Source: Candidatus Woesebacteria bacterium (lineage in GTDB: Bacteria; Patescibacteriota; Microgenomatia; UBA1400; PJMF01). Taken from it: 64,000 bases of DNA. The notes below the pieces were generated by a model. That model searched no databases. It was given only the letters and a program-made list of their open reading frames with translations, and had not been told where the DNA came from. Below are positions 56,454 to 64,000 of this stretch, in pieces (within the stretch, counting starts at the first letter, position 1; each line of letters begins with the position of its first letter). Where the stretch lies: positions 88,744-152,743 of the forward strand of contig JAGNLY010000001.1 in the NCBI GenBank assembly GCA_017999345.1, written 5' to 3'. A program made the translations under genes and the position numbers.

Positions 56454-57794
56454 TTAATCAATAAAACTTAAGGCAACACCAGTTTTGTTTGCTCTACCTG
56501 TTCTACCAATTCTATGTATATAGTCTTCGTAAGTTTGTGGTAAATCAAAATTGATCACGTGAGTCACGTTGTCGATGTCTAAACCTCTAGAAGCAATGTC
56601 TGTTGCCAAAAGAACTTGAATAGCATCATTTTTGAATTGAGACAAAGCTCTTTGTCTTTGTGATTGGGATTTATTGCCATGAATTGCAGCAACTTTAACA
56701 CCTCTCTCAACTAATTTTTCAGACAATTTGTTTAAACCATGCTTTGTTCTGCCAAATACCAAAACTTTATCAAATCCATCTTTGTCTAAAAGTTCATGTA
56801 AGACATCAATTTTTGATCTTCCTTGAATTTTTATAATATCTTGGTTGACATTAACTGAAGCTTTTTGTTTTTCAATTTCAACTTTGATTGGATTGTATAA
56901 AAAGCTATTAACAACATCATTCATTTTAACTGGCAAAGTTGCTGAGAAAAATAAAGAATGTCTTTTTTCTGGTAAGTTTTGAATGACATATTTAATGTCA
57001 TTGATAAATCCCATGTCAAACATTTGGTCAACTTCATCTAAGACAATTGCTGAGAAGGTATCTAAACTAAATATTCCTCTTTTTTCTAAGTCAATTAATC
57101 TTCCTGGTGTGCCAATAATAAAGTGAGGCTGTCTTCTAAGTGAAGAGATTTGGCTACTCATGTTAGCGCCACCAATACAAAGTGAAGAATATATTCCCAT
57201 GCCTTCAGCAAACATTTTGAATTCTGCATTTATTTGAAGCGCAAGCTCTCTTGTTGGAGCCATAATGAGGACTCTTCCGAGTTTTTGAGTTTTATCTTCA
57301 ATAGTTTTGAAAATATTATTTATCAATGGAATTAGGAAGGCAGCAGTTTTTCCTGTGCCTGTACTTGCTAAACCCACAACATCTCTATTATCAAGAATAT
57401 GGTTAATTATTTGATCTTGAATCGGAGTAGGAGTGATATAGCCTCTTGATACAATGTTTTGCTTTAATGGTTCACAAATATCAAAATCGACAAAATTATT
57501 TTTTGATACGTATTCTTGTTTAACTACTGGATTAATTTGCAATGAAGCTGCGGCAGCTTGAATGATCATAGTAGGGTTGAAAGAACTTTGTTGTCTTCCT
57601 CTTCCACCTCTGCCACCAGAAAAGTTGCGATTTCCTCCATCAGAATTAGATCTAAAATTTCTATTACGATTGCCGTCACTATGGCTTCTGCCACCATTGC
57701 TACGGTTTCCACCATCGCTACTGCGGTTACTACCACCACGACTATCACGAGTATTATTTCCAAACTTTTGTCTGGAATTAGAAGAACGAAACAT
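56454..57794 (-). CDS. DEAD-box ATP-dependent RNA helicase with an N-terminal RG/RGG-rich low-complexity tail
   Basis: Q-motif region, LASTGTGKTAAF, a DEAD box (the DEVD variant), SAT and HRIGRTGRA. The tail runs GGSNRSSDGGNRSNGGRSHSDGNRNRNF.... Confidence 0.9.
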   Translation of the reverse strand: MFRSSNSRQKFGNNTRDSRGGSNRSSDGGNRSNGGRSHSDGNRNRNFRSNSDGGNRNFSGGRGGRGRQQSSFNPTMIIQAAAASLQINPVVKQEYVSKNNFVDFDICEPLKQNIVSRGYITPTPIQDQIINHILDNRDVVGLASTGTGKTAAFLIPLINNIFKTIEDKTQKLGRVLIMAPTRELALQINAEFKMFAEGMGIYSSLCIGGANMSSQISSLRRQPHFIIGTPGRLIDLEKRGIFSLDTFSAIVLDEVDQMFDMGFINDIKYVIQNLPEKRHSLFFSATLPVKMNDVVNSFLYNPIKVEIEKQKASVNVNQDIIKIQGRSKIDVLHELLDKDGFDKVLVFGRTKHGLNKLSEKLVERGVKVAAIHGNKSQSQRQRALSQFKNDAIQVLLATDIASRGLDIDNVTHVINFDLPQTYEDYIHRIGRTGRANKTGVALSFID

Positions 57795-58064
57795 ATTACT
57801 GCTTTCTTTGTCTTAACCTTGACGTATTTTATTTAAAGGTTAAAGACAAGAAGCGAATAAGGGAAATTGAAAATTGAAATTCAAAAATCTTTAGCTAGCT
57901 TAAACCCAGTGGTTATTTTTCTTAATTTAATTTAAGAAGGAGTTATTATAGCATATTATCACTGTAATATCAAGTTATCATTAGGCACTATTGAAATAAA
58001 GATGGTGATATTAGCTTAGACAATTGACATTATTGAAAATACAATTTAATCTTATTTAATCCAC

Positions 58065-59714
58065 ATGGTTAAAAAAATACTTATATTTCTAATAATATTT
58101 GCTAGTTCAACTAACAAAGTTTCTGCAACAAATTATTTTGTTTCACCAAGTGGCAACGATGCCAATGTAGGTTCTTCAGAATCTGCTCCATGGAGAACTA
58201 TCCGCAAAGCAACCTCAACTGTAGTGCCAGGTGATTCAGTGTATGTACATAATGGAACATATGCAGAGACAGTTGTCATTTCAAAGAGTGGCACATCAGC
58301 TGGAAGGATTACTTTTTCAGCATCTCCAAACGAGAACCCAATAATTGATGGAAGTGGCATGACAAGCATCGCAACAGATGGACTTGTGCAAATCAATGAC
58401 AATGTGAACCACATCACATTTAGTGGCTTTACAGTCAAAGGGTCCCCTAAAATGGGAATTGCCAACAGGGGCAGTAACAACATCGTCAATAGTAACAAAA
58501 TTTTACTCTCTTACGATTCAGCTATCTGGCATAGATTTGGAACAAATACAGTTTTTAGAAATAACGAAGTGTACTACAATGTCAGGATGTTCACGGTGTC
58601 GGCATCCGAGAACGGCATAGTCTGTAATGGTTCTGCGTCTTGGTGGCCAGCAACACTTAACTCTCAAAATTCTACAGGAGCATTATGGGAAGGCAATTAC
58701 GTCCATAACAACTGCGGTGAAGGAATAGTTGCTCACACTGGTGACAGGATAATCGGAAACAAGTTTCGCGATAACTGGAGTATCAATATCTATATCGACA
58801 ATGGAACTGGGGTACTAATAGATAGAAACTTCGTGTATGACACAGATTCGGTATTCAGCGTTTGGCCTGGAAACGGTCGCAATATACCAATAGGTATAGC
58901 CCTCGCCGATGAACAAACTCCGTGTAATACCTTTGACAATACAATTAGCAATAACATTATCGTTAACGCACGATTTGGAGTGAGTTTTTATCCTTATACT
59001 TCTTGCTCCGGTGTAATTAATACCAAAATTATTAATAATAGTTTTATCAATTCTTGGGAATATGGCATTAGGATTACTGGTTCTGCAGCTGCTAATTCAA
59101 AAAGCATCATCGCAAATAATATTTTTTCAACAAACAGAGGTAAATCTTTGATAATCGATAATTTGAAAGATTTCAAAATCCAAAATAATCTATGGTATTC
59201 TGGTAATACCAACTCAGCTGCCCAGTTTAAAATTGGCACAGCAGTCACTGATTTAGCAGGATTCAATGCTGCATTCCCAACTCAAATAAGCGGCAATATC
59301 TGGGCAGATCCACAATATTCTTCTAGTCTTCCAACAGATTTATCTCAATTAACCCCGTCAGTATTTTCTCTCAAAAATACATCTGTTGCGATTGATAAAG
59401 GTGCAGGTAGTGTTGCAGTAGCTGCTGATTTTATCGGCAAGTCTAGACCTCAGGGTGCTGCGATTGATTTGGGAGCATTTGAATATGGAGGTATAGGAGC
59501 AGCTGTTCCACCCCCATCGGCTACTCAATTAAATGCCGTTGCTTCTTCTCCAACCCCAACTCCAAAGCCATGGACAACTCTTACCACTGACTATGCTAAC
59601 TGGTTATCATATTATCTGCAGTCAGTTCGCGGCTTCGCAAAAGGTGACTTTAATGAGAATGGCAAGGTAGATGGAATCGATTATATGTTGTGGGTCAACA
59701 ATTATGGCAAATAA
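58065..59714 (+). CDS. Secreted right-handed parallel beta-helix (pectate-lyase-fold) repeat protein with a C-terminal dockerin-like segment
   Basis: Signal peptide, many NxxI/NNxG beta-helix rungs, and a C-terminal DFNENGKVDGIDYMLWVNNYG (a dockerin-type Ca-binding repeat). Confidence 0.7.
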   Translation: MVKKILIFLIIFASSTNKVSATNYFVSPSGNDANVGSSESAPWRTIRKATSTVVPGDSVYVHNGTYAETVVISKSGTSAGRITFSASPNENPIIDGSGMTSIATDGLVQINDNVNHITFSGFTVKGSPKMGIANRGSNNIVNSNKILLSYDSAIWHRFGTNTVFRNNEVYYNVRMFTVSASENGIVCNGSASWWPATLNSQNSTGALWEGNYVHNNCGEGIVAHTGDRIIGNKFRDNWSINIYIDNGTGVLIDRNFVYDTDSVFSVWPGNGRNIPIGIALADEQTPCNTFDNTISNNIIVNARFGVSFYPYTSCSGVINTKIINNSFINSWEYGIRITGSAAANSKSIIANNIFSTNRGKSLIIDNLKDFKIQNNLWYSGNTNSAAQFKIGTAVTDLAGFNAAFPTQISGNIWADPQYSSSLPTDLSQLTPSVFSLKNTSVAIDKGAGSVAVAADFIGKSRPQGAAIDLGAFEYGGIGAAVPPPSATQLNAVASSPTPTPKPWTTLTTDYANWLSYYLQSVRGFAKGDFNENGKVDGIDYMLWVNNYGK

Positions 59715-60621
59715 AAAAAGAAAAAAATCACTGTTTTCAGTCAGCAAATTTATATTGTTTGCAGGTCTTCTGATAATGGTTTCTATTACTTTGTACTTTG
59801 CAAATGTATTAGTGAATCGCAATCAAACTTTGAGTGTTGGAGCCACTGCCGGTGTAGCAGAACTATTTTTCGAGCCATCTTCACTAGTATTGTCACCAGA
59901 TGGTCTCGTAAATCTCTGGGTTACAACTGATAAGCAGCTTGGTTTTTTTGCAACTGATTTAACTTTTGATCCCTCCATCATCTCTTTGGCACAAGAAATA
60001 ACGCTCCCAACAACTGGGCTAGCCAAAAAAATTAGAGTCACTTCTATGTCAGAAGCAAATGCAACAGGCAAGATATCAATAGTATTGGGCGTAGAACCAT
60101 CAGCAATTTCGACCGCGCCAACCGGCACTTTTAAGATAGCAAATTTAAAATTCACCAAGAAATCTACGTTAGCTAACAAATCAACTTTATTATCTATCGT
60201 ACCGAGCGCTACTCAACTAGTCGATATGGGCGCCATCCCATTTAACTCATCAACAAAAAACGCCAGTTTCACGCTCAACCCAGTTGCATCAGCTACTCCG
60301 GCACCTCCCTCAACTTCCACAACTACTAATGGTGCTGGTCCTATAATTACAATTAAGTCGCCAGCTGAAAACTCTAAGATTCCACGTGGTGGCGTATGGG
60401 TTGGCTCTGTTGTTTCAGATCCAGATGGAGTTTCTCAAACTACATTCTATTTTGACGATGTTTTAATCAAGACTTGTCCGGCAAATCAATTAGAGTGCAA
60501 CTTTACCTACAGAAAAAGAACATCTTCAGGAAATCATGTAATTAGGGTCGAGGCAATTGACAATAGTCCAAGCAAAAATAAGTCTCAAACTATTATTAAT
60601 GTTGTCAAACAATCTAGGTAA
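59704..60621 (+). CDS. Membrane-anchored cohesin-like domain protein with a C-terminal Ig-like domain
   Basis: An N-terminal transmembrane anchor is followed by LWVTTDKQLGFFATDLTFDPSIISLAQEI, a cohesin-like pattern. The start ATG overlaps the upstream stop in ATGGCAAATAA. Confidence 0.55.
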   Translation: MANKKRKKSLFSVSKFILFAGLLIMVSITLYFANVLVNRNQTLSVGATAGVAELFFEPSSLVLSPDGLVNLWVTTDKQLGFFATDLTFDPSIISLAQEITLPTTGLAKKIRVTSMSEANATGKISIVLGVEPSAISTAPTGTFKIANLKFTKKSTLANKSTLLSIVPSATQLVDMGAIPFNSSTKNASFTLNPVASATPAPPSTSTTTNGAGPIITIKSPAENSKIPRGGVWVGSVVSDPDGVSQTTFYFDDVLIKTCPANQLECNFTYRKRTSSGNHVIRVEAIDNSPSKNKSQTIINVVKQSR

Positions 60622-60650
60622 CATCAATATTTTCTTTATTCTAAATATCA

Positions 60651-60724
60651 TTGCAGTTTTAGGACGCCGCACTCAATTTATTGGATTGATCAACTTTAGG
60701 ACGCCGCACTCAATTTATGAGATT
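60651..60724. repeat. Tandem direct repeat (two copies of ~37 nt), each carrying a TTGATCAA palindrome and a GC-rich GGACGCCGCACTC core. It lies between convergent genes.
   Basis: tttaggacgccgcactcaatttattggattgatcaac followed by tttaggacgccgcactcaatttatgagattgatcaac. Confidence 0.75.
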
Positions 60725-60726
60725 GA

Positions 60727-61194
60727 TCAACTGAGTGATTTAAAAAAATCCAACACCTCGCTAGCATTTTTTGTCGCATCCACTTTTGGCCAAACCATAA
60801 TAATTTTGCCAGCTTTATCAATTGCAAAAGTTATCCTAAGAATGCCCATATAAACTTTGCCAAACATTGATTTTTGTCCAACGGCACCAAAAGCAGAAAT
60901 TAACTCTCTGTTTTTATCAGACCAAAGATCAAAGTTGAGATTATGTTTTTGTGCAAAATTTTGATGAGATTTTGGAGAGTCAGCGCTAACGCCGATTACT
61001 TGAACTCCTAATTTTGTTAGTTCATTGTTAAAGTCTCGATAGCTACACGCTTCTTTTGTGCATCCTGGGGTATTATCTTTTGGATAGAAATAAATTACCG
61101 CTGGACGGCCGACCAATTTCGAAAGTGAAATTTCCTTGCCATTTTGATCAAGTACATTAATATTTAGTGGGGCTTTATCGCCAATTTTCAGCAT
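60727..61194 (-). CDS. bcp: Thiol peroxidase Bcp (peroxiredoxin)
   Basis: YFYPKDNTPGCTKEACSYRD is the Bcp signature. Confidence 0.85.
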   Translation of the reverse strand: MLKIGDKAPLNINVLDQNGKEISLSKLVGRPAVIYFYPKDNTPGCTKEACSYRDFNNELTKLGVQVIGVSADSPKSHQNFAQKHNLNFDLWSDKNRELISAFGAVGQKSMFGKVYMGILRITFAIDKAGKIIMVWPKVDATKNASEVLDFFKSLS

Positions 61195-61238
61195 ATTCCT
61201 TAATTGTAACAGATAGAATAAAATGAGATTATATAATT

Positions 61239-63272
61239 ATGAAAATATCATTGAAATTTCTATCCTTTTTCCTTATTTGTTTAACCGTTTTGATTACACC
61301 AAGATCAATTTTCGCAAAATCATATTCTATTGATGCAGCAAAAATTGACGCCAGAATTTCAAAAGATGGCTCGATGAAAGTTGATGAAAGAAGAACATAT
61401 AATTTTTCAGGCGATTATTCATATGCTTATCAATATATTTATAAATTTCCTGACCAAACTAAGAGTCCAGGAAGGACTGCGCCATATTTACTTGGAGAGT
61501 TTAGTGTTTGCGAAATGGTGGATCTTAAGAAAAATTGTTACAAGCAAATAGATGAGCTTCAAGCAGACTACAATAATCCCAAAAATAATCCTAGCGAAAG
61601 TTTTTTTGTAATTGATGAGGGAACTAGATATTATCTTCAATGGAATTATCAAGCAGTTAATGAAAAAAAGGACTTTCAAGTTTCATATAACGTTACAAAT
61701 GCCGTTACGCTTCATGAAGATACAGCCGAGCTCTATTGGATTTTTGTTGGCTCTCAGTGGGAGTTGGCTCAGAATAATATTTTGGTAAATTTAAGTTTTT
61801 CAAATGACATTAAGGGACAAGATCTTCGAGCATGGGCACATGGTCCATTAGAGGGAAACGTTTCCATTTCTGAATCGGAAACTAAGCCGGTGGTTTCATT
61901 TAAGCTTTCTTCAATTTCAATCGGCGAAGCTTTGGAATCTAGAGTTTTAATGCCTAAAGAAAATTTTACTGATGGAGCAACAGGTAGTAGCTCTAAGCAA
62001 GAAATAATCAATCAAGAAGAAAAATTTATTACAGAAACGATTGGAGCAAGAAAAAAAGCGATATTTTTAAGAAATATTTTGAATGGTCTAATTTTATTGA
62101 TTTTTGTTTTAATAATTTTTAGATTTGTTAAACAGTTAAAATTATTTTTGAAATATGGCAAAGACACTCCTTTGCCAAAAGTTAATCAGTCGGGCACGCT
62201 TTGGGAACCACCAAGCAATATCGATCCAGCTCAAATTGAGCAATTAATTTCTGGCAACAAAACACTTACTCCAAACTCATTTACAGCTACGGTTTTATCT
62301 TTGGTGCAAGACAAGTATTTTAAATTCGTGAGAAGTGATAATAAAGAAGGATTATTTTCTAAGAATTATAAATATTATTTAGAGCCATATAATTCAAACA
62401 AACAATATTTTATTAAGCCAGAAAAACCATTGTCTTCAATTCAAGAAAATGTGATGAATTTCTTGGTAGAGAATATTGGATACAAAAATATTGAGGCTGA
62501 GGGCAAAGAAAGATCTGTAATCTCTTTAGAAAGTATTGTATCGTGGTCAAGAACACATCAGATAGCAAGTCAAACTTTTTTTAAATCATTGAAAGATATT
62601 GTCTTAAAAGAAAATTTAAGTGAAGGATTTTTTGATCGAAATTCTCATAAATCACAAAATCAAGCCAGTGGCGGCTTAATTATCTTTTTAGCAATTGTTG
62701 AATTTGCAATCTCATTTTTTATTGCGCCAACACTATTTACTTCAATTGGCAGTGACGTTTCATTTTCTTCAGTAATGGTTCTTAGTGGAATGGCTGGATT
62801 TTTCGGGTTCATATTGGGAATAATAGTTTTCATGTTTAAGGAATTTGGTGAACGAAGAACTCCAAGTGGTAGTAAAGAAACTGCTCAGTGGCTTGCATTT
62901 AAAAAGCACATGAAAAATTATAAAAAAACAGAAAAATATGAGATAGACTCAGTTATTTTGTGGGAAAAATATTTGGTCTACGGAACGCTGTTGGGAGTGT
63001 CATCCAAAGCATTGTCTCAGTTACCTATTAAGTTTAATGAAGCTGATGCGATGATTGCGTCGTCATATTGGGGAGGAAGAGCGCTTTCAACTAATGGATC
63101 TATTGATGGTATGAATGACATTACCTCAGCAATCGATAATGTAACAAGCGCAATATCTAGCGTTTCACAATCTGCAATGAGCAGCTATGGTGCTTCAGGA
63201 TCAGGTTCTTCCGGAGGCTTCTCAGGAGGTGGCGGCGGAGGAGGTGGCGGCGGAGGCGGCGGAGCAGGTTGA
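61239..63272 (+). CDS. DUF2207 domain membrane protein with a C-terminal poly-Gly tail
   Basis: Signal peptide, a DUF2207-type N-terminal domain, internal transmembrane helices, and a C-terminal GGFSGGGGGGGGGGGGGAG tail. Confidence 0.75.
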   Translation: MKISLKFLSFFLICLTVLITPRSIFAKSYSIDAAKIDARISKDGSMKVDERRTYNFSGDYSYAYQYIYKFPDQTKSPGRTAPYLLGEFSVCEMVDLKKNCYKQIDELQADYNNPKNNPSESFFVIDEGTRYYLQWNYQAVNEKKDFQVSYNVTNAVTLHEDTAELYWIFVGSQWELAQNNILVNLSFSNDIKGQDLRAWAHGPLEGNVSISESETKPVVSFKLSSISIGEALESRVLMPKENFTDGATGSSSKQEIINQEEKFITETIGARKKAIFLRNILNGLILLIFVLIIFRFVKQLKLFLKYGKDTPLPKVNQSGTLWEPPSNIDPAQIEQLISGNKTLTPNSFTATVLSLVQDKYFKFVRSDNKEGLFSKNYKYYLEPYNSNKQYFIKPEKPLSSIQENVMNFLVENIGYKNIEAEGKERSVISLESIVSWSRTHQIASQTFFKSLKDIVLKENLSEGFFDRNSHKSQNQASGGLIIFLAIVEFAISFFIAPTLFTSIGSDVSFSSVMVLSGMAGFFGFILGIIVFMFKEFGERRTPSGSKETAQWLAFKKHMKNYKKTEKYEIDSVILWEKYLVYGTLLGVSSKALSQLPIKFNEADAMIASSYWGGRALSTNGSIDGMNDITSAIDNVTSAISSVSQSAMSSYGASGSGSSGGFSGGGGGGGGGGGGGAG

Positions 63273-63299
63273 TAAACTAATTAGGATATTTTTACCTGA

Positions 63300-64000
63300 T
63301 TAATAATTTAACTCTGACGCAATAAATTTATGTACTTCATTCCAATCATTGAGTCCTGATTTTGGCACAATTATATATTGGCCAGTACTGGATTTTGATG
63401 AACTGAAAACATTTGAAGTACTGAGTGTAATATTTTTAACCTCAATGTCTTTTGATTTTGCTAGCATAGGAGCAAGAGATTTTATGGTTTCAACGTCTAG
63501 ACTTGTATTGGTGTGTTGAATTATTTGTTTAAAAAATTCTGGAATATTTGCCAAGGCATCCATTTTAAAAAGCTTATCTCTAAGTGCTAATATTAACGCT
63601 TGTTGTCTTTGACTTCTATCAAAATCTCCGCCAGCGGATCCATGTCTTGAACGAACATAAGCTAGAGCGTCACCACCCTCCATGAAGTTTGTGCCTTTGT
63701 CGAAATGTATATGTTCGTAGCGACATTCAAATTGTCTTTCTAGTTCAAAGCCTGAAAATTGAGAGCTTAAACTGGCAATTTCTTCAGGAGTTTTTCCACA
63801 TGGATCTTGTTCGTTGCCACTGATTGGATACCAAGGGTCATCCAGGGTTTCTGGGACATTTACTTCAAGTCCATTTAAAACATATCCTATCGCTCTTTTA
63901 AAACCAACAAAATCGACTGAAATATAATGATTAATCTTAAGTCCTGTGACAGTTTCTATCATCGCTGCGCTTACTTTGGCTCCAGAATTAATTGGGTCAG
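63300..64000 (-). CDS. LytR-CpsA-Psr (LCP) family protein. The C-terminal about 230 aa lie in the window, and the N-terminus lies beyond the right edge.
   Basis: INHYISVDFVGFKRAIGYVLNGLEVNV...ALAYVRSRHG...GDFDRSQRQQALILA. The frame stays open upstream of the tracked Met (…DPINSGAKVSAAMIETVTG). Confidence 0.8.
   Translation of the reverse strand, partial: DPINSGAKVSAAMIETVTGLKINHYISVDFVGFKRAIGYVLNGLEVNVPETLDDPWYPISGNEQDPCGKTPEEIASLSSQFSGFELERQFECRYEHIHFDKGTNFMEGGDALAYVRSRHGSAGGDFDRSQRQQALILALRDKLFKMDALANIPEFFKQIIQHTNTSLDVETIKSLAPMLAKSKDIEVKNITLSTSNVFSSSKSSTGQYIIVPKSGLNDWNEVHKFIASELNY

Noticed and set aside
57558-57836. Three overlapping ORFs (92, 84 and 65 aa) in the ORF track
   Set aside because: They are frame artefacts of the repetitive RG-rich coding tract of the DEAD-box helicase gene.
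63220-63266. A GGN-codon microsatellite near the end of the DUF2207 gene
   Set aside because: It simply encodes the poly-Gly C-terminal tail typical of this family. It is noted only as a potential slippage hotspot.

Overview
This is a 64 kb AT-rich bacterial window that uses standard genetic code 11; TGA is used as a stop, for example at the end of spoVG and lapA. Genes are small and densely packed, and many appear to be transcribed from extended -10 promoters with leaderless or very short leaders. These traits are compatible with a low-GC, reduced-genome bacterium, possibly CPR/Patescibacteria-like, though that is inference only. All coordinates I derived by hand are approximate to within 1-2 nt.

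The window falls into four zones.

1. Positions 1-5400 carry spoVG and a cluster of nuclease and DNA-repair-like genes. These include a Cas4/RecB-like PD-(D/E)xK nuclease fused to a DUF2779-like domain, a second putative PD-(D/E)xK protein, and a UDG-fold protein.

2. Positions ~5460-23560 are the most unusual part. About 13 gene units (single genes or a two-gene pair) are each bounded by a modular intergenic repeat family. Module A is a 40-90 nt element that always ends in GGGGGAGC. Module B is a ~39 nt element with an internal hairpin that reads as a near-consensus sigma70 promoter on the opposite strand. Module C is an upstream element that ends in a TGnTATAAT extended -10 box a few nucleotides before the start codon.
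- Gene content is cassette-like: a CDF metal exporter, a methyltransferase, a PNPOx-like protein plus a GNAT acetyltransferase, a DHFR/RibD-C family reductase, and several large orphan proteins.
- The zone also includes a 1333-aa secreted protein built from an M23 peptidase, a PA14 domain and two copies of a DUF2341-LamG module, with an internal ~1 kb tandem duplication.
- The arrangement resembles an integron-style cassette array. However, it lacks canonical attC cores and no integrase lies in the window.

3. Positions 23600-57800 look like ordinary core and accessory genes.
- Metal handling: an NRAMP-like transporter and an ArsR-YHS regulator with a CopA copper ATPase.
- Housekeeping: HflX, and MetK preceded by a SAM-I riboswitch.
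- Stress and redox: NUDIX, Hsp20, a DsbD/thioredoxin redox module and a DEAD-box helicase.
- Also here: a Crp/Fnr regulator interrupted by an in-frame TAA, and a small lmo0937-family ORF missed by the ORF track.

4. Positions 58000-64000 carry surface-protein genes. A beta-helix protein with a C-terminal dockerin-like segment is followed by a membrane-anchored cohesin-like protein. Then come Bcp, a DUF2207 protein and a partial LCP (LytR-CpsA-Psr) gene running off the right edge.

No rRNA, tRNA, CRISPR array, transposase or recombinase gene was recognised.
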